From: Candidatus Dojkabacteria bacterium UBA2022
GTDB lineage: Bacteria; Patescibacteriota; Dojkabacteria; SC72
NCBI GenBank assembly: GCA_002335495.1
Contig: DDBW01000002.1
Location: forward strand, 9,249-73,248
Direction of reading: 5' to 3'
DNA length: 64,000 nucleotides
The notes under the pieces are model-generated. The model saw only the letters and a list, made by a program, of their open reading frames with translations. It was not told where the DNA came from and did no database searches. Below are positions 59,138-64,000 of the stretch, piece by piece. Positions within the stretch are counted from its first letter, which is position 1; each line of letters begins with the position of its first letter. The position numbers and the translations under genes are program-made.

Positions 59138-60385
59138 TTAATAGGAATATTTGGACTCAGGACTCTCTTGGCTAACTCGTTTAGCCTCCTCCTCTTTTTT
59201 CTTTTGAGCTTTCTTATTTAGAATTACTATTCCAAGTAGAGTTACGAAAAGGATAAATAGGAGGAAGAAGAATTTATATGCGCCGGTAGTTAGAACGGCG
59301 ACAACTCCAAAGAAAACTGCAATAGTGGTTTCTACCAGTAGAATTTGGGGAGGAGTTAAGTTCATGTTGTAGAGTTGGTGGTGAAGATGCATAGGACCGT
59401 TTATTCTCATCAATTCTATGAAGTTCTTTGGTTTATATGTTCTGTATCGGTGGATAATTACATAAAGGGCATCTATAAGTGGGATTGCTAAAATGATTAT
59501 TGTAGCCGCTACTTTCGCTCCATTCACTAGTGCGAGTACCGCTATTATAAATCCGTACATTGTTTTTCCAGTCGATCCTGTAAATATCTTCGCTGGAGGG
59601 AAATCGAATATCCATCCCCCGGCAATTCCCCCTGCCAATGCTATAGAAGTGTAGGTTACAAGTAGGCTTTCGGCTCTTATTCCTAATACAAACATCATCA
59701 GGTATGCCACAATCATGTTACTTTCAAGTAATCCTCCTATTCCTCCCACCCATTTAACTGCATTTGTACAAAGCATAATCCAGAAAATTAATAGTAGATC
59801 TCCTGGTAAGATGAGGCGGAGAGTTATATCTAGTATATTTCCATCAATTTGCCACCAATTAAGGTTGAAAGTGCCGCCTAAAGGGTTGTTTATAAATGGT
59901 ATATCAATAGCAGATATTGCAATAACTGTTGAAGCTACTAGTTGTCCTGCAAGCTGAATAGGGGCTGGGAGGTTGTATACGTCATCCAATATTCCGATTA
60001 TTAGTAGGATTACTCCGGCGGTTAAAAACGGTATTACTAACTCATTGTTCGTAATAAGCAACGGGATACTTAGTAGTAATGGAAGCAGGACTGCAACCCC
60101 CCCTAGTAGTGGAGTGGGAGTTTTATGGATAGCCTTAATTCCTTGCGTTTGGTCATATGGATTCAGCTTCTCTACTCTCATTTGGGCGGGTAGATCTATT
60201 GCGTTTACCTTCTGAGCAATTCTGGCAATGATTGGTTTTAAAAGTAGAACGAGAATAAAAAATATTAGAAATACTGGGGCAAATTGAAGATACTTCATGT
60301 AATTTTCTGGAATATTAGGGTATTGCTCTGCTTTTAACAGAATATTTTGTAGTAGGTTTGTAGCATTAATAAGAAGTTCTCCCAT
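59138..60385 (-). CDS. polyprenyl-phosphate N-acetylhexosamine-1-phosphate transferase family (MraY/WecA-like), divergent
   Basis: 'GILDDVYNL' is the DDxxD motif and 'NAVKWVGGIGGL' aligns to the conserved 'NAxNxxDGxDGL' motif. About 10 TM helices. Confidence 0.6.
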   Translation of the reverse strand: MGELLINATNLLQNILLKAEQYPNIPENYMKYLQFAPVFLIFFILVLLLKPIIARIAQKVNAIDLPAQMRVEKLNPYDQTQGIKAIHKTPTPLLGGVAVLLPLLLSIPLLITNNELVIPFLTAGVILLIIGILDDVYNLPAPIQLAGQLVASTVIAISAIDIPFINNPLGGTFNLNWWQIDGNILDITLRLILPGDLLLIFWIMLCTNAVKWVGGIGGLLESNMIVAYLMMFVLGIRAESLLVTYTSIALAGGIAGGWIFDFPPAKIFTGSTGKTMYGFIIAVLALVNGAKVAATIIILAIPLIDALYVIIHRYRTYKPKNFIELMRINGPMHLHHQLYNMNLTPPQILLVETTIAVFFGVVAVLTTGAYKFFFLLFILFVTLLGIVILNKKAQKKKEEEAKRVSQESPESKYSY

Positions 60386-60837
60386 TAGTAACTTTGAACA
60401 ATTTTAATAAGATGATATGTGAGAAGTATGGTACTAAGTAGTGTTATATAAAGTAGAAATTTTACTAGAATTTTCTCCTTATTAAACCATTTATAGCTTA
60501 AAAGTATGGAGGACAGTACTAGTAATGCGGTTAACCCTGGGACTACAAATAAAAACTGTCTATCAATAAGCTTCATTGCATCAATATTGTAGTACTCAAC
60601 AAGCGGGATTTTTGTAGGAAGTTCTGGTACCTTGCCCATCAGTATCCATGTTTGTAAGGCAAGCATGGATATTGTCAAAGTATTAATTATCCAAACCGTT
60701 GCATCTTTTGCGTACTTCATCAGCTCAAATACCTTGAAAGAATCTGATATTTTGGCATTTACAGATGTAAGATAATTGCTGAAAGGGGATTTAAGTCCCA
60801 GGCTTAGTTGTTTTGCTTCCTCTTTTTTCTTTTTCAC
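60385..60837 (-). CDS. small membrane protein (4 TM), hypothetical
   Basis: 150 aa. Its stop overlaps the start of the downstream MraY-like gene. Confidence 0.35.
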   Translation of the reverse strand: MKKKKEEAKQLSLGLKSPFSNYLTSVNAKISDSFKVFELMKYAKDATVWIINTLTISMLALQTWILMGKVPELPTKIPLVEYYNIDAMKLIDRQFLFVVPGLTALLVLSSILLSYKWFNKEKILVKFLLYITLLSTILLTYHLIKIVQSY

Positions 60838-60846
60838 AATATCGAA

Positions 60847-61602
60847 TTATAGCACTATTTGGTCTGTCAAACCTATGAATTCATTAAGAGTTAGCATTTC
60901 GGGTCTTTTATTGAGAATCTCCTCTTTAATATTACTGGTATTAAAGCCTTTTAGGTTGTTTCTAAGAGTTTTTCTCGGGCTGGAAAATGCGGCTTTTGCA
61001 ACTCTCTCAAACTTGGGAATATCAGTATATTTTGGTTTTTGATGAGGTGTTACTTCTATGAGTGCGCTATCAACTTTTGGCTTTGGGATAAAGTTTCCTG
61101 GCTTAATTATTTTTAAGATTTTGAAGTCGGCGAACAGGTTTGCGGTTAAGGAAAGCAGAGATGATTGTCCGTCTTTTGATGTATATTTCTCTGCAACTTC
61201 TTTTTGGATAATAAAGTACATTTTTGTTATTTCTGGGTGGCGAATGAATTTTGATATTATAAGCTTTGAAATATTGTAAGGAAGGGATCCGTAGATAACT
61301 ATTGGGGTATCCAAATCTTTACTCTCAAACCTCCAGTCTAATACATCTTCGTTGACTATAGTTGCGTTAGGAAGTTTAAGCTTAAGAAGGCCGGCAAGCT
61401 CGGGGTCTTTCTCAATTAAAATCAGTCTTGAGGTTTTCTCGTAGAGTCTTTTACTAAAATAACCGTCACCGGGGCCAATTTCTACTACAGTCTGTGGTTG
61501 GTGTGCCGTTGCTAATGATACTATCCAATCGGCTAGGTTTGGGTTATTGAAGAAATTTTGTCCTAGAGCCTTATTTAATCTCATTATACTCTGAAGTCCC
61601 AA
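60847..61602 (-). CDS. rsmA: 16S rRNA (adenine1518/1519-N6)-dimethyltransferase
   Basis: 'GQNFFNNPNLADWIV', SAM motif 'VVEIGPGDGYFSKRL', 'GSLPYNIS'. Confidence 0.8.
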   Translation of the reverse strand: MGLQSIMRLNKALGQNFFNNPNLADWIVSLATAHQPQTVVEIGPGDGYFSKRLYEKTSRLILIEKDPELAGLLKLKLPNATIVNEDVLDWRFESKDLDTPIVIYGSLPYNISKLIISKFIRHPEITKMYFIIQKEVAEKYTSKDGQSSLLSLTANLFADFKILKIIKPGNFIPKPKVDSALIEVTPHQKPKYTDIPKFERVAKAAFSSPRKTLRNNLKGFNTSNIKEEILNKRPEMLTLNEFIGLTDQIVL

Positions 61603-62498
61603 ATATTTTTCTTCTTTTCAAACGTTTTGTTGCAACTAGTGCATGTTGCCGTTTCCTTTGAGAACTTTAAGTCGCCTTTGCAGATAGGGCATACGAGTAT
61701 ATCTTCAAGTTTATTTGGAGATTTGTCCTGGGCATCATCTTTGGTTGTTGAGATAAAAATGCTTGGAGCAAAATACTTCCCCCTGAAAAGCTTCTGCGTA
61801 AGGGTTTCTGCCGCTGTGAGAACGGATATAGGGAAGAATTTTTTAATAAAAGGTATCCTGAAGAATGATACGCCTTGTAATCTGATTATTTTAAACCCAT
61901 TTTCATTCAAGAGTTTCTTTATATGATTAGGGTGGAAGTTTAAGAATATTGTAGATTCGCCTTCCGTTCCTTCGAAGTTTCCTTGAGAGGGTTGTTGATA
62001 TGGTTCCTCTGTGAAAAAGGAGCGATTTCCTATTAGCATATTTCTTATATTTGCCTTGAAATGCACTTTGTTTGCAATCTCTTGTATATAAGTAGCTTTC
62101 CCGTTCATGGCTCGGCTAATCTCTTTGAAGTATTGATCTGGAGATTCTATGTGGTGTAGTACTCTTATCATAACGCCTCCGTCAAAAGTTTTATCCTTAA
62201 AAGGTAGGTTGTATGCGTTTGCGGCTATTAGATGGGTGTTGGGGTAATCTTTTTTTATACCATCATTATTCTTCTGAAGGGTTTCAAGAGAGTAGTCTAT
62301 GATGACTGGGTTGTCGAATTGTGAGTAGTAGACTGGTAGATTTCTGCCAAAAGATCCTCCGATGTCGATAAACCAGTTACCCTTTCTGTTTTTTAGTTCT
62401 TTTTTGAGAAATACTTTTTCAGCGTGGTCTTCATAATCTCTGTTGTTCCAGTATGTTTTATAGTCGTATCCATATTCATCGTAATTAGATATTTTCAC
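61584..62498 (-). CDS. class I SAM-dependent methyltransferase with C-terminal Trm112-like zinc ribbon
   Basis: Motif I 'WFIDIGGSFGRNL', motif II/III 'FDGGVMIRVLHHIESP', C-terminal 'LVCPICKGDLKFSKETATCTSCNKTF'. The 3' end overlaps the rsmA start by 19 nt. Confidence 0.55.
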   Translation of the reverse strand: MKISNYDEYGYDYKTYWNNRDYEDHAEKVFLKKELKNRKGNWFIDIGGSFGRNLPVYYSQFDNPVIIDYSLETLQKNNDGIKKDYPNTHLIAANAYNLPFKDKTFDGGVMIRVLHHIESPDQYFKEISRAMNGKATYIQEIANKVHFKANIRNMLIGNRSFFTEEPYQQPSQGNFEGTEGESTIFLNFHPNHIKKLLNENGFKIIRLQGVSFFRIPFIKKFFPISVLTAAETLTQKLFRGKYFAPSIFISTTKDDAQDKSPNKLEDILVCPICKGDLKFSKETATCTSCNKTFEKKKNIWDFRV

Positions 62499-64000
62499 TT
62501 TCTTAGAGACCTTAATTTAGTCATTAAATCGTTCTTTTCTTTAAAGAGTTTGTCTATCTCATCATTATCTTTGATATTCTCAGCTATAGCAAGTCTTGCG
62601 CCAATTTCGGATATCTTCTCTTTTAGGTAGGCTTCTCTTACCCTGTTGTATATATCTGTGCTATCTTCATATGAAACAATGGTTTTTTGAAGTATCAGGT
62701 TTTCAATTGTAACTTTTTGTTGCTCATTCAGTTTCTTGTGTAACCATTTTGTTACTATTGGGGAATTCTCCTTTATTATTGATATTATTTCTATTATATC
62801 CGGATCTCTAAAGTATTCTAAACTATGTTCGATGTTGAAGGTAATGCTATCCTCGCTAAGTAGCGCCTTAAGGTATAACTCTTCAAAGCTTAGTTTCCTA
62901 TTTGATATCTGTGGTGTTGAATAGATTGAAGGACTATCAAGCTTTTCGTTTGAAGAGTTTAGCCGCCCTGTTATATTCCTAGTCCTTTCTATATAGAACT
63001 GTAATCTTGTTTTATCTGATACGCCATCTAGCAAAGATTTGATGTAGCGTTTAAGCTTCATTTTATCGTCCATTCGGCTTAAGTCGAGAGTTTGCATATA
63101 AGAGCTTAAAAGATAGGTATAGGCATCGATTTTCTCTTCCTTAATCTTTCTCTCTAGCTCGGCTGAGTTGTTGTGAACAAGCTCATCGATATCTTTGAAC
63201 GGCGTTGTATTAATTGCGTAGCTACTTAAATTTAGCTTCTCAGATATTAAAAAGGCTCTTTCTAAAGCTCTTTGTCCTGCCAAATCACTGTCAAATATAA
63301 ATAGAATGTTTCTAGAGAATTGTCCCATTAAAGCAAGTTGCCCTTCGGTTATGCTAGTCCCGAGTGGGGCTACTATATTTGATATCCCAACTCTGTGCGC
63401 GGCTATAACGTCGGTTGTTCCCTCACATACGATACAGAGATCTTCCTTTCTAATGGCCTGCTTGGCGTTGTATAGGCCGTACACATTGTTTGATTTGTGA
63501 AAGATAGGGGTTTCAGGGGTGTGTAGATATTTAGGGCCGTAATCGTTACCGGGTAGTACTCTTCCGGTAAAAGCTATGATTTTTCCTGTCGAGGAGGTTA
63601 CTGGGAACATAATCCTGTTTATGAACTTGTCTCTTAACGCTCCGTTGCGTTCTACAAAAAGCCCCGATTTTACTAGGGTTGAGTTGGGTAACTTAAATTT
63701 CTCTCGCGCCTTATTTAAGACTATATTATTTCCAGGGGCGAATCCAATTTTAAATTTATCGATATCGTTTTCGGTTATCCCTCTTTCTGTTAAGTATTTT
63801 AGAGCTTCATCATTAACTTTTAGTAGCCTGTTAAATATTTCTGAGGCAAGGTTATTTAGTGTGTAAAGTGGTAGGTTAGGATCTTTATCTTCGTTGTCAT
63901 CAAGCTGAATTCCCGTTTCCTTCGCTAGCTTCTCAAGCGCCTCTCTAAAATCGAGTTTTTCAATCTCTTGCACAAAAGTGATTACATCACCGGACTTACC
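62495..64000 (-). CDS. dnaG: DNA primase DnaG (N-terminus truncated by window edge)
   Basis: TOPRIM 'CIVCEGTTDVIAAHRVGISNIVAPLGTSITEGQLALM...IFDSDLAGQRA', and an RNA polymerase domain with 'RIMFPVTSSTGKIIAFTGRVL'. The N-terminal zinc-binding domain is expected beyond position 64000. Confidence 0.8.
   Translation of the reverse strand, partial: GKSGDVITFVQEIEKLDFREALEKLAKETGIQLDDNEDKDPNLPLYTLNNLASEIFNRLLKVNDEALKYLTERGITENDIDKFKIGFAPGNNIVLNKAREKFKLPNSTLVKSGLFVERNGALRDKFINRIMFPVTSSTGKIIAFTGRVLPGNDYGPKYLHTPETPIFHKSNNVYGLYNAKQAIRKEDLCIVCEGTTDVIAAHRVGISNIVAPLGTSITEGQLALMGQFSRNILFIFDSDLAGQRALERAFLISEKLNLSSYAINTTPFKDIDELVHNNSAELERKIKEEKIDAYTYLLSSYMQTLDLSRMDDKMKLKRYIKSLLDGVSDKTRLQFYIERTRNITGRLNSSNEKLDSPSIYSTPQISNRKLSFEELYLKALLSEDSITFNIEHSLEYFRDPDIIEIISIIKENSPIVTKWLHKKLNEQQKVTIENLILQKTIVSYEDSTDIYNRVREAYLKEKISEIGARLAIAENIKDNDEIDKLFKEKNDLMTKLRSLRK

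Noticed and set aside
1-64000. CRISPR arrays, rRNA genes, integrases/transposases, toxin-antitoxin pairs
   Set aside because: By eye I saw no regularly spaced short direct repeats, no rRNA-like conserved stretches, no recombinase motifs (R-H-R-Y, DDE) and no small paired ORFs with recognisable TA motifs in any frame.

Overview
The window reads as a low-GC bacterial chromosome segment spanning the replication origin, with about 65 protein genes at high coding density, two tRNA-Ser genes, a tmRNA and a T-box leader. The gene set looks monoderm or Patescibacteria-like. Core genes present are dnaA and dnaN with DnaA-box clusters, the rpmH-rnpA-yidD-yidC-jag block, rpoD, valS, metG, rnj, a partial dnaG and ksgA. 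The most notable accessory content is: (i) a 2411-aa membrane-anchored giant surface protein with a DUF2341-like N-terminal domain, three phage tail-collar-like repeats, about 20 FN3-like modules and C-terminal transmembrane helices interleaved with CarboxypepD_reg-like domains; (ii) a candidate heliorhodopsin; (iii) an actin-like ATPase translationally coupled to a 673-aa acidic membrane protein, sitting next to a processive GT2 synthase; (iv) an envelope-glycopolymer cluster containing an epimerase-TM-DUF4012-like fusion, a PEGA protein and an MraY/WecA homologue with a substituted DG-DGL motif; (v) a cluster of uncharacterised proteins just past the 3' end of the tmRNA gene; (vi) a CheY-like receiver gene broken by a 1-nt frameshift. 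I saw no CRISPR array, rRNA gene, integrase or transposase. All functional calls come from motif recognition by eye and need HMM or BLAST confirmation.
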